A DNA stretch of 64,000 bases from Paraspadella gotoi (taxonomy: Eukaryota > Animalia > Chaetognatha), in the NCBI GenBank assembly GCA_051294375.1, contig CM119263.1, positions 12,379,723 to 12,443,722 on the forward strand. Direction: 5' to 3'. Both the position numbers and the translations under genes were made by a program. Positions 32,428-43,900 of this stretch are shown here, in pieces. The notes under the pieces are model-generated. The model had not been told where the DNA came from, did not search any database, and saw only the letters and a list, made by a program, of their open reading frames with translations. Within the stretch, counting starts at the first letter, position 1. Every line of letters begins with the position of its first letter.

Positions 32428-33728
32428 TGTTATGATTCTTTCTTTTTCGTTGTGTTTATGATTTTAAGGAATAACAGATTTTTTAGAGTTCAATAATTTT
32501 TTATTTCATAGGGACATGTTTCGACTCTGAGAGTCTTCATCAGCATCTGACCTAATCAACAATTTTCTCTTTAATGTCAGTTTTTAGAGAGAGAGAGAGA
32601 GAAAGAGAAATAGAGAGAGAGATAAAAAGAGGGAGATTCCAACAAAGAATTGAGAAAGGACAGTGGTCAGATGTGAGGACAGGTGATGGTAAGAGCAAGG
32701 AAGAAGATAAATTGGTTGAAATTTTGAAAGGTGAAAAAATTGAGGGAGAGAGAGAGAGAATAACAGAGACAGAGAAAATAGTTACATTTGGTAATGTACA
32801 ACAAAGTAAAAATGGACAAACTTAATGTTAATCTAGTAGTAACAATCAATTAATAACTTAGTTTAACTATTAAGAATGAAATATGAAAGGGAAAATAAGT
32901 TGTTAGGGATAGTTAAGTGAAGATGTTAGTGAAATTAAGAAAGAAAGAGCTCAAAAAAGAGCTGGCCCCCTCCCGGCTTGGAAAATGTAGGACGTTAGCG
33001 ATAGGATCGGGTCATTGGCTTGTCATAGGTTGAGAGAGTATTGTTGTAGGCTGAGGCATAATTCCCAACGCTAATCTAATATCCCTCTGGCCTGATAAGC
33101 CTGCCGAAGGCCCTCCTCTCGCCTGACGACGAGGCGGGCGATTATCTGTTCTCGCCTGTTTGGGTGCAGGAGATACAGATTCCTCCCCTTCCTCCTGCAG
33201 CCGTCGTTTTGGGCGACGCTCGGTGCGAGGAGAGTCGCACCGAGTTGCTGTTGGCTCAGGAGAGGTATCGGGCGTCCATTGCCTGCCGAGAGGCCTCCGC
33301 CTGACCCGTTGAGTAGGGACAGGGGAATCACCGTTCAGTTGGGGTGGTGCTGGGCGTTCCACCTCCATTTTGATAAGCGAATCATAGCTTGGAGGGAGGT
33401 CGAATCGTCCTCCATCACGAGTCAGAGAGGGCTCGAGGGCTTTGATGTATATCGCCTCTCTAATACCTCTTGTGAACCAGTTTTGTTCATGGGACAGCAC
33501 GAGACAGTCGGTCTCTCTAAACAGATGGCCAGAAGATGCCGAATGCTCGGCAATAGCCGACAAAAAGTGACCACGGGCGTCACGGTAGGGCTTTATGTGC
33601 TGTTTGAACCGATCTGAGAGAGACTTTCCGGTCTCACCCACGTATGCTGCTGAGCAGGTTTGGTTTCCCTTGCCTGCACAGGCCGCCCAGTAGACAACTC
33701 TAAAAAATCTGTTATTCCTTAAAAAAAA
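32428..33728 (-). mobile_element. 5'-truncated Penelope-like retroelement
   Basis: GIY-YIG coding remnant, 3' UTR with hammerhead at 32510-32547, short inverted copy of the 3' region at ~33697-33722, and 12-bp duplication ATATACTTTTAT (32416-32427, 33729-33740). Confidence 0.9.
33012..33700 (-). pseudogene. GIY-YIG endonuclease C-terminal fragment of a Penelope-like element
   Basis: VVYWAACAGKGNQTCSAAYVGETGKSLSDRFKQH...SAIAEH...GH...REAIYIKALEPSLTRDGG matches the PLE GIY-YIG pattern with CCHH residues; the RT domain is absent. Confidence 0.9.
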
Positions 33729-34449
33729 ATATACTTTTATATAATATTAAAATTTTTAAAGATTTTTTTTTAAATTCTGAGAACTGATTCAGATTCCTCG
33801 TCAAAAGTTGATAAAAAAAAATATAAATCTTTTTCAAAAATTATGTCATTAAAGAGGTTAAAATTATAAAAAAACTATATTTTTTTAACTAAAAGTTAAA
33901 AATCGGTGTCTTAAATAGAATTTTTTACATTTTTGACTAACTTAATAAAATAATTTTTAAAAAAGAATTATACTTTCTTAAATCAACCTTTTTGTAAGGA
34001 ATCCAAATCCGATCTTAAAATTATAAAATTTACATTTTGAAATTTTAGCTATTATATACTTATTAGTTATTACTATATAAAATATAGCTCACTGGTGCCC
34101 ACTATTGAATAAAATTAAAAAATAAATTTATTAAAATATTTTTATTGGTTTTTATTTTCATGTTCTATATGCTAAATTTTATTTTTCTAAAATTTTATCA
34201 TTTTCACATCATTCTAATGTATATTATAGGCATGTATTATGAAATATTATATTCCTACTATTCTTATTATAGTATGATTTTTTTCGTTTGTAACATTTCG
34301 TGACAGCATATCTTTGCAACAGTAAAATTTAAAGAGGGCCAAATTGTACATTTGCCGACCTGGATTTTCTGATCAGTTATTTGTTTCTTATGATCAACTA
34401 TTGAAATCTCATTACATAAAAAAACTTTATAAAAGCAAAAAAAAAAACC

Positions 34450-34526
34450 ACTCTTAACCCTAACCACCCCCAATCCCTAACCCCAACTACCCCTAACCAT
34501 CCTTAACCCTGACCACCCCTAAACTT
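34450..34526 (-). repeat. Degenerate telomere-like (CCCTAA) tract
   Basis: CCCTAA variants; similar tracts at ~15115-15140, ~34840-34875, ~47268-47305, ~61850-61913. Confidence 0.7.
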
Positions 34527-34984
34527 AAAAAAATAATATAAAACTATTTACTATTAAATAGCAATTAAAATAAATTAAAAATAATTAAAGATTTTCTTTT
34601 GCTAATTAATGAAGAAAGTACAAAATTTTCTTTTTAGAATTTTCTGTTACCATTTAACAAAAAATATATAAAAAAGTACTAATTTTAAATAAAACTTATT
34701 TAGTTACTTCTTGAATAATACTAAAGGCTTTTTATATTCGCCGACCGGGATTGTATGTATAGAAATCTCACTTCAAAAAAAAAAAATACTGATAAGGGTA
34801 GAAAAACTTCTTATTACAAATTTCATTTCGAAACCTCCCCATACCCAATCCTTAATCCCTAACCCAATTGCTAACCGTTTAAAAAATATAATAAAATTAT
34901 TTTTTTTAATTAAAAATATTTTCACAGACTTTGAAGTTTGAAGAAAGAGAAAAAAGGTCTGTAAAAATATTTGTTTTTTCATTT

Positions 34985-35027
34985 TTCACTGATGAAAGCT
35001 TAGGTTGAAGCCGAAACATGTCCAAAA
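34985..35027 (+). ncRNA. Minimal hammerhead ribozyme motif
   Basis: CTGATGA-A-AGCTT(AGGTTG)AAGCC-GAAA-CATG-TC; core intact, stem I poor. Confidence 0.6.
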
Positions 35028-36713
35028 TTTAAAACTTAACAAAAATTTGTATTACTGAGCAAACTGAGACTAGAGGGAAAATAAAATTCAAGGGATTAAC
35101 AAACCACCCACCGTTGGTAGCTAAGGTTAGCAAAGTTACCAATACTAAATATATAAAAATAGCTTTTTTTAACTAACAAAAAATGAAGAAACAAAAAAAT
35201 TAAAATTTATATTTATGAAATTGGTACAACCAATATAAAACTGACTGTGCAAACTGAAACTCGAAGCTAGAGGAAAAACAAAAGTCATGGAATAAACAAA
35301 CCACCGACCGGTAATACCTTAGTTAAGGTCGTAATAATATATATAATTAGGACTAAGCTCTGACGAAAAAAGCCAGAGGTTTTTTTAATATATTATTTTA
35401 CCGGCCAATGTAGAATGATGGCAATATTGCTATTGTTAAGTTTCAAAAAAATCCGATCACAAATATAGAAAATATTAACCAAAATCTTCGGAAAATCCAC
35501 CCCTTCTTTGGAAGATTTTCGCCATAGAAGAATTTTCCAGAATCTGACTCCCGGTTGAAAACTCTTAGAATTCCGATCGTAAGCTCCTCTTTTACTTTTA
35601 CTTTAAATAAAAATTTCACCAAAATGGACTAATTCACTTTACCATGATCGTTTCATATTAAAATAACTAAATAAAATATAAAGAAAAATTTTGAGAGCCC
35701 TTCAGACATATGGCTATTGGATTCCTGAATTCGAAGTTTATTGTAAAATTACAACATGCCTTAAATGCGTTTATATTGTAATGAAGTTGAGAAATCCCTT
35801 TATTTTATATAGAAATCCATTTAAATCTGATGGTTTGATGTCAAAATGATGGTTAATCATGAAGATAAAAAAAATGTGAGCCCTTCAGATGCAACAGGAT
35901 CTGAATCGAGTCTTTTTACATCAATGTTTTGTCGGAACTTTTCCCAGGACCGTTTATATTGTTTTGTAGTCAGATTTGAACAAAAAACTCCATTGAAAAA
36001 ATCTTCCTCGATCTCTAAAACGACGTCGACTCCTAATATAATAATAATAATAATATAATAATAATAATAATAATAAAATACCCCTGACAGCCACAAATGT
36101 TAATCAAAATTATAAGTAGTTATGCATTAGTCAATAGTCATATAATTGTTTAATGCATTAAAATAAAACCTTTACAAGCATAAAAAATAGAATATTGTGT
36201 TACCAAGTAATTAAAATCCTATGAATTTTAGATTAATTTAAAAAAAAAAATCGGCTAACATTTATTAAAAAAATCATTTACTTATTATTTTGAAAAGTTA
36301 CAAATAACCAAAGCAATTTAAACTAATTGATTGTGACTTTGTGAAACATTAAAAGGTAAAAAAATCATAAGTTGATCGACAAAATAAATGACTTCATTGG
36401 GGCCGAGATATTAATAACAAAGATGTATTAGAATTATGTAAAAATTGATAACGTAAGAAATGCCAGATGGTGGGCTACAAAATGAGCCACAATTTATCTA
36501 GCGTGAAGGGATTCTGAGATATCCCCACAGGAAATGTTACAAACAAGAAAAATCATACTGTAACTGTATTAATTTACAGAAAATGACTATCAAAGTTTTG
36601 ACTGATTTTTGCGAGTCTTTATCTTTCTCTAAATTAAAAACACAACGAAAAGATAGTTGAAAAACAATAGCTGTATTTAATAAATATTAAATAAAACCTA
36701 ATTTTCAAAGTAA

Positions 36714-37470
36714 TAAGTTTGAGCAAACAATGTTGGATCTGCCTACGATAATTAAACGGTAATAAGCTAATCCGATGATAAATCACGGTAATATTTTCTG
36801 ACTTTCATCATAACAAATTGTAACATAACAGACAAAATAAATCGATAAAAAAATCTATAAATCAATTAATTTATCAATCATTACCAGTAGCTGCGCCAAT
36901 GCCAATTTTTATTATTTAGTCAACTTGCATAATTTGGTAATTTTGCATAATTTGGTCAACTGACATAATTTCGTCAACTGGCATAATTCGGTCAACTGGC
37001 AAAATTTGCTCAACTGGCATAATTTGGTAAACTGGCTTAATTTGGTAAACTGGCATAAATTGGTCAACTTGCAGAATTTTGTCACTTTAATCAATCAATC
37101 AATCAGAGAGAGAGATAGAGAGAAGGAAACTTTTAAAAATTCAAATAAATGTATCTTTTGGTTTTCTAATTTAAACTCTTTTCCACTACTACGATTCCAT
37201 CAAAAAATTATATTCAGCTTAATCACATATTTTCCTACCCACACACACAAAATTTCATTTTAATTTATCTATCCAATTTTTAATAAATATAATAATTATG
37301 AGTAACTAAGTAAAATTACTTCAAATAAATATGACTTTTGTTTTTTCTATTTAAATCCATTTCCACTCGCACGATTCCATCGAAACTTTATATCCCAGCT
37401 CAAATCACCACTTCATCCCACACACAAAATTTTTTCTAATCATCCACAGTCACGAAGTAATTGGGTTAAT
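36714..37470 (+). mobile_element. DINE-1/Helentron-like element, 5' part
   Basis: AAGTTTGAGCAAACAATGTTGGATCTGCCTACGATAATTAA 5' end, 18-bp array at 36918-37085 and two core subrepeats. Confidence 0.7.
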
Positions 37471-37859
37471 TAGGAAGCCGTATAAAAAAAAGAATGCCAG
37501 TGACTTTTTCTTTTTTTTTATCGATAGATGCGGTAAGCACGGAATATTGGTAAAATCTCAAGTTTCGCTTAATCGGACCTCACATTGTGGAGAAATCTTA
37601 GTAAACCATCAAATTCCACCCCTTTTTTTACATCTCAGCCTTCTAGGATTTTTTTCGCTATTCTGACTTCCTCTTACAAATCTTATAATTCCGCTAGTTA
37701 TTTTAGCATTCGGCATCTCTTGATCACAGCAGATCCCGACTCTATAACTACTTTTTATAACTCACTTTTTCGGTCGTCAGGCCCGCCCTGCAATCATTGG
37801 TCGGCACACACTATATATCATGTCTGGAACACTCGGATTGTATAAATTACTGCAACACA

Positions 37860-38240
37860 ACTGTGGTCCGCGTCCGTCTCTCGTCTGTCCGTCGCGTCCG
37901 TCCGTCCGTCGCGTCCGTCGTCCATCCCCCATTAAGCAAAAACACCAATTTATCCGTGATTGATGGATGGATTTAAATGAAATTTTCGCTAGTGTGGATA
38001 CGGTAAAGTGTGTGATTGAGCTGGATATAAGTTTCATGGACATCGTTCCGAGTGGAAATGAGTTAAAATTGGAAAAACAAAAAATTTCATATTCACTATT
38101 TGAACACAATTGTCATGAGTGTTGATGGGTGATTGACCTGGAAATTTTGTATGTGGGTAGGAAGATTAACTATGCTGATTAAACAGGAAATCAAGTTTCG
38201 ATGGAATTAGTTTGAGTGGAAATGAGTTTAAATGCGAAAA
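37860..38240 (-). mobile_element. DINE-1/Helentron-like fragment, reverse orientation
   Basis: (GTCC)n-like microsatellite plus reverse-complement core repeats; a reversed 5' end lies at ~40255-40300. Confidence 0.6.
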
Positions 38241-40629
38241 AAATCAAAACCTCGTGCTTATTACCTAATTGATTATGATTTACTATTTTCCTTTTATATA
38301 ATGTATCTGCAAGAGATGTATTAATTAAATCAATATAATCAGTTAATTAATAAATTAGTAAATAAATTACATCCCAAATAATTATTATTTATATCCTTAT
38401 AAGTCATCATTTTTTTTCCGTTGCTTATACCCCATCCGCCCATTAGGCAAATACGTCAATAGAACCTCGTGCTTGGGCTGTTGGAATGTGGAAATTAAAA
38501 TTTATGTTGTGTGGGTTGAAAGCTTGTGATAAGGCGGATATGAAAGATTTAGATGATCGTGTGAGGTGGAAATTAGTTTTAATGGACAAAACAATACGAA
38601 TTTATCAAAATCTTCTTTACCTTATTTTAAACCAATAAATACTGCCAATTAATCATATTGGATGGGATAGATTGAAGTCTGATTGTTGAGCTGTGTGGGT
38701 AGGAAAACATATCGACGAAGCTGTGATATAAAGTTAGTGGAAACGTTACCAGCAAGTGGAATGAGTTTAATGAAACTAAATATGCATACATTACTTTGAA
38801 GTCTGGTTATTAGTTTATCTTAACTACCATTATAGATGAGACTGAAATTTAGAGGGAGCGAGAGAGACCGCCGAGGACGAAGAGGAGAGAGTGAGAGAGA
38901 AAGGAGAGAGAGAGAGAGAAGGCAGACAAAAGATATCAAAAAATCTTAAGACTCAAGATCGAGCAGAGCCCACTTCATAGAAATATATACATATAAAAAC
39001 GGGAAAAAAAAACGAGATGGAATCATCGCCGGATACACGATTGTTGATTGTACTAGTAATTGGATTGAGGAAGATAATGATTGACTGTAAATAGCTCAAC
39101 TTTATTTGATTAATAGAATTGATATATTGATCGTTTGTGATTAATTCAATTATTGATGTGATGATAGTCATTCCACTGCTGTGATGATATTTCATTCAGT
39201 GATGCGATATAGCATAAAACAAACCCAAATGCGGTAATGATTAAGAGAGAAGTGAGGAGAGAGAGAGAGAAAGAGAGAGAGAGAGGAGAGAGAAAGAAGA
39301 GAATAAATCCACGAAAATCCTCCGCATGAACAATATGGATCTTTTTATTGAAAAAAAATCGCGGAAAAAATGGCCATAATAAAAAGTTTTTAGAAGGAAA
39401 AAATAATGCAGATTTTTCAAAAAAAACGATCACGCAAAAGATCGGACAGTTAAGGCGACTACAGAGAGGCAGAGAACAGAGAAAAGAGCAGGAGAAAAGA
39501 GAGAGAGAGAGAGACAGCGCGGCTGCAGAGAAAAAGGAGAAGAGAAGAGGCGATTATAATAATTAAAAGACGATTGAGAGAGAGAGAGAAGCTCTACAGC
39601 CCCTTTACTCGTTAAAGACACAGCGTACTTCATGGCACGCGCAGAGTAGCGTGAGCTATCTCTACCCAACAGGACCCCGGTTCTCGCCCTGTTCGCGGCA
39701 TCTTTTTTACATTAGTGACACCCCAATTATATCTAAAAAATTTTTTGATAAAAAAAAAAGACGCATGAGGAGAGAGAGAGAGAGAGAGGAGAGAGAGCAG
39801 AAAAAGCCTGGAAGACGCCTGCAGAGCCGGAATCATTCTTGCTAAACAAGCAGTGACGGAGAAAAAGAGTAGAGAGAGCCGACATATATTACAAACGTTT
39901 TTTGTATTTTAAACTAAAACATAAACAAATTACCATATTGATATGAAACATGAGGAATTTAAAGATCTTTGATGATTAGAGCCACATATGAAACATTCAA
40001 CTCCTATATATCCACATTCAGAAGCCGATGATTGCAAAGCGAGACCGAAGCTAAACAGAAAAAAATCTAGACAGGACGGGCTATTGCCCGCTGGCTCGAT
40101 AATAGAGGCATATTTGTGTGTTGATAAAATGTAAACAAAAATTTAATAATGATCCTGACTCAATTTTAAGGACATCAGATGAGACAAGCTGAACTCAATT
40201 ATAATTATCTATTATTATTAATTAATTAATCTATTAATTAATTAATTCTTAATTAATTTATCGTAGGCAGATCCACATTCGTTTTGCTCAAAACTTGTTT
40301 TTTTTTAAACAAGCGAAGGGAATCCACAACTTTATGTTATTTTATGATTTCTGGGTAAAAAATACAATAAATTACATTAACATTGAGATATTATGAAAGT
40401 GTAATATCTTATGAAGCCTGTGAGAGTTAAATAATTAAAAAATTCGCTTATTTTATTATTGAAAATAACATCAAAGTAAAGAAGTTGAATGGCTTCCGGC
40501 TCCTTTCAGTAAACATCCCTGTTAAATAGTTTATAAATATTTAGTTAATTTTCGAAATTAATATTCGGTTTATATATGGAATGCCAATAACGTTACTAGC
40601 TTAAATTCTTAACTCGTCCTCTATTCTTA

Positions 40630-40760
40630 GATTTCATTGGTTATTATTTAGTTCTTATTCTGATTGGACGAGACCTTTCTGATCCAATTATTGGTAGTAT
40701 TCTCAAAAGTCGAAAGTCGTTTTTAATTGGTCTATTTAAATTTAAAGAAGTATAAAGGGC
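40630..40760 (+). promoter_or_regulatory. Candidate promoter with clustered CCAAT boxes and TATA box
   Basis: ATTGG/CCAAT at ~40636, 40664, 40684/40690 and 40726, then TTTAAA and TATAAAG (~40751), about 230 bp upstream of the ATG at 40982. Confidence 0.45.
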
Positions 40761-40981
40761 AAGTAGATGTTAAACTTTTAGGAGATTGCCCAGGAAACAT
40801 TAGGAACATGATGAAATATTTGTAACTTTTTGAAATGAATTCTAATCATTAAATTATTATTTTGTACAGCTTTGAGCTCTCTCTGGCTCTCTTTATTTCT
40901 CAATAGCTCACTCTTGTTGCTCTGCTCTGATTATTTTATTAAAATCTCGTGATTTGGATTGATTTTATTTTTGAGAGTGAA

Positions 40982-43900
40982 ATGGCTTCGCCAGTGAAAT
41001 CTACAAGGTACAAATTAGGTTAGAGCTAATGCTCAAACAATGTTTTTTAATACAATCTCCACAATCCTGTTCTCTTCAATAAATATGTTTATTTTTGCTG
41101 GTGGAAAAGAAGGATAAATACTTAGGCTGTGATGGGGTAAATAATATTTTGTAGAATTTTGTAACGCATGCTTGTAAAATCAGACAAGCATATTATAATG
41201 ACAAAAAATTCACATTTTCTTTATTCAAAAAACTTTAAAGTTTTACTAAAAGTACAATTTATCCTTTTTCTTTCAGAATCAATAAAAAGAATTTAATTTT
41301 CATTTATTCTTGTGGGTTGTCATTAGTTTTAAAATTCATTATAATTTTGACTGAGTTTGACACTCACCCTGTAGGAGGTTTCAGCATAAGTAATTCTAAA
41401 TTGTATCTTGTATGCCCATGATTATGGCTTCATTTTTGTACTATTCTGCCTGCAGGACTCCGTGGGATGCCAACGAGGTGAGTCTTTTTGCTCACCGGGC
41501 GCTCGTCGCCGCCTGTGCTTGGACATTGTTGCACCACTCCGGGTTTCGGACCTCTTCATTTTCTGTTTGCGTTTATATGCTTGCCTCTCTCTTAGTTTAC
41601 TAGGTTTCTTAATTATCTAAATCCCGAGACATTGTTATTGCGATCATGTGCTTTCTCCTCCGTCTGATGTCAACGTCGCTGTGACCCCTTTCCAGAGGGG
41701 TTTTGTCCCTACGGCTCAAATTGCGGAATGCCCTTGGAGCTTCAATATGTCTCTGTTTCCACTACGGTCTTTCCACCGAGATGGTGGCCAAGCTGGTCGC
41801 AATGGTATCGCGACGTCCAATCCTTCCGCCTTACGACCCCGACTCCGCCGATGGCCGTGAGCAGTTGCGCGCGGTGTCTGCTCTCTATTCCGGGAAGTCA
41901 GTCGACTGCTCCAAGGTCTGGATCTTCTTCGCGTGAAGGGGCTATTTCGCCGTGTGTGCCGCGCCGACTTTCTCGGTGCTGTCAACGTCCTCCAAGTAAG
42001 TTCGTGGGACAAGCCCCCTGCTTCCGGCGCCTCGACGTCTGAGTCTGCGCTGGAGCCGCTCCTCCAAGTCAGAAGGTTGTAGCCTACGATGTGGATTCCT
42101 CGGATGACGTCTCGAGCTCTCTGACGTCGCTGAAACGGATGTGGATTGAAGCTCGAGTCCATGGGCGTCAAGTCTGCGTCCTGACTACTGTCATGGTGTC
42201 AGTGGCCTTTTCTAAGGTCGCTCAACCACGGAGATGCGTTTGCTCGCACAGTCGCGCACGCGCAGTCGAGATGAAAATGCAAATGCTTGTCGCATTTCGG
42301 TGGTGATTATTCCGCGCGATTCTATGACCTTAATCTACACATTGCTCTCTATAACTCTTCCCACGTTGACAACACCGCCTCCTCACCAGTTCTCACAAGA
42401 GCTGCATCTGGAGTACTAGCTGATCGTTCTGACCTCAGACAGAGTTTCTTAGTCTTTCGACCAGACTCGTGTGCTCAAATGAAATTCGTGCGATAATTCT
42501 GATGATACCTGCGCAACAAGTGCTCTGGGACCTCGTACACCGCCAGTTTCCGCTCCATACTACGGAACTGTTCAGTGCGAGACGCTCGATGCAATCGCGT
42601 CTCATTTACATCAACTTCCACTCCGGATCACATGCAGAAGGTTTTCGCAAACCCTTACCTCCGTGCCAAGGCCAAGCAGGGTTGGCTCCCTCGTGTTGTC
42701 CCTTCTGGCCCTTCCTGCTCCTCCTTCTTTGCTTCTAGTCCTGCGAAAGGATTTGATCTGAATACGCTTCCTGCTTCACAATGTGTAAGTATTGCATTGT
42801 TGCTCGTCTCTGTCCCTTCGCCGCAAGTGATTTTTCGCCAATCATTCTTTCTTTCATTTTGTTTCTTAGTTCAACCCCCTTTTTTTGATACTGTACCTGT
42901 GGCGGGTATTGCTACAGGCGTGTTATGTATTTTATTAATTTTCTCTATTATGGCAGAGATGGTTGCTCTTTTTGCTTAAGTGTGATGCCGCGCATCTGCA
43001 GGGTTTTGTCAATCAGGTGAGAGCCCACTATGCATGGGGCGATACTGTTGGTTGTGCATTGCTGTTTCAGGGTGTCGTTCTCCCTCCTGTCTCAGTTTAT
43101 GTAGACCTCTTCCCTCTCCCGCTTTACCTTCCCTCGCCCCTCCCTTTCCCCCTCGCTCCCTGCTCTGAGGGCTCTCTGCTACCGCGGATTGCTCTCCCAA
43201 TTATCTAAAGCTCTCCTTTCCTTCCCCTCCTCCCTCCAGGCCCCTCCCTGTTCCCCTCCCAGGTTGTTCATCCCCTCCTGACTCCCCTCTTGTTCCTTTC
43301 TTTCGACGGCCCTCTGCCCCCAGGTTGCTTGCCCCACCTGTCCCCCCTTCTTTGTCTCTTTCTTTTTGCGCCCTCTTCCCCCCAGGTTGGTTGTCCCCCT
43401 CCTGGCTACCTCTTCATCTCCTTCTTTTGATATCCCCTCTTGCCACCCCCAGGTTGGTTGTCCCTCACCTGACTTCCCTCTTTCATCTCTTTCCTTCCGT
43501 TCTCCCTCCATCTTGCCACCCTGGGTTGTCTCTCTCTGTTTCCCTTCCCTCTCCATCTGGCACACCGTCTCCTCCTCACCATTCTCTCTCGTTGTTTCTC
43601 CATTTATGCGGTGTATCTAAACACTTGAGGATAATACTCCCGAAGGGTTTGTCCCCGCGCTTTTCAGGTCTGATTGAGTTTTGGGTGGTTTAAGGTACGG
43701 TGATTGTTTAGGGGGTCTCCCTTATATGGGCTGTAGGGGTTAGGTGTCCTGCGGGTTCTCTCGGCCCCGACTCTAACTCTACGGCTTCCCGCGGGGTGCT
43801 GCAGGCTTAAGATAAACTATTCTGCCTGCAGACTCTCGTGGGATGCCAACGAGGTGAGTCTTTTGCTCACAAGGGTAGATGGGAGAGGCATGCTGCTGTC

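Larger units (their letters stand above)
32246..34216 (+). mobile_element. hAT-type MITE copy B (contains a Penelope-like insertion)
   Basis: TAAGGTGAAGTGAAAG...TTTTCACATCATTCTA imperfect TIRs with a perfect 8-bp TSD ATGTATAT (32238-32245 and 34217-34224). Confidence 0.85.

Noticed and set aside
35857-36096. Minus-strand ORF next to an (ATA)n repeat
   Set aside because: No recognisable motif or partner exons; partly repeat-derived.
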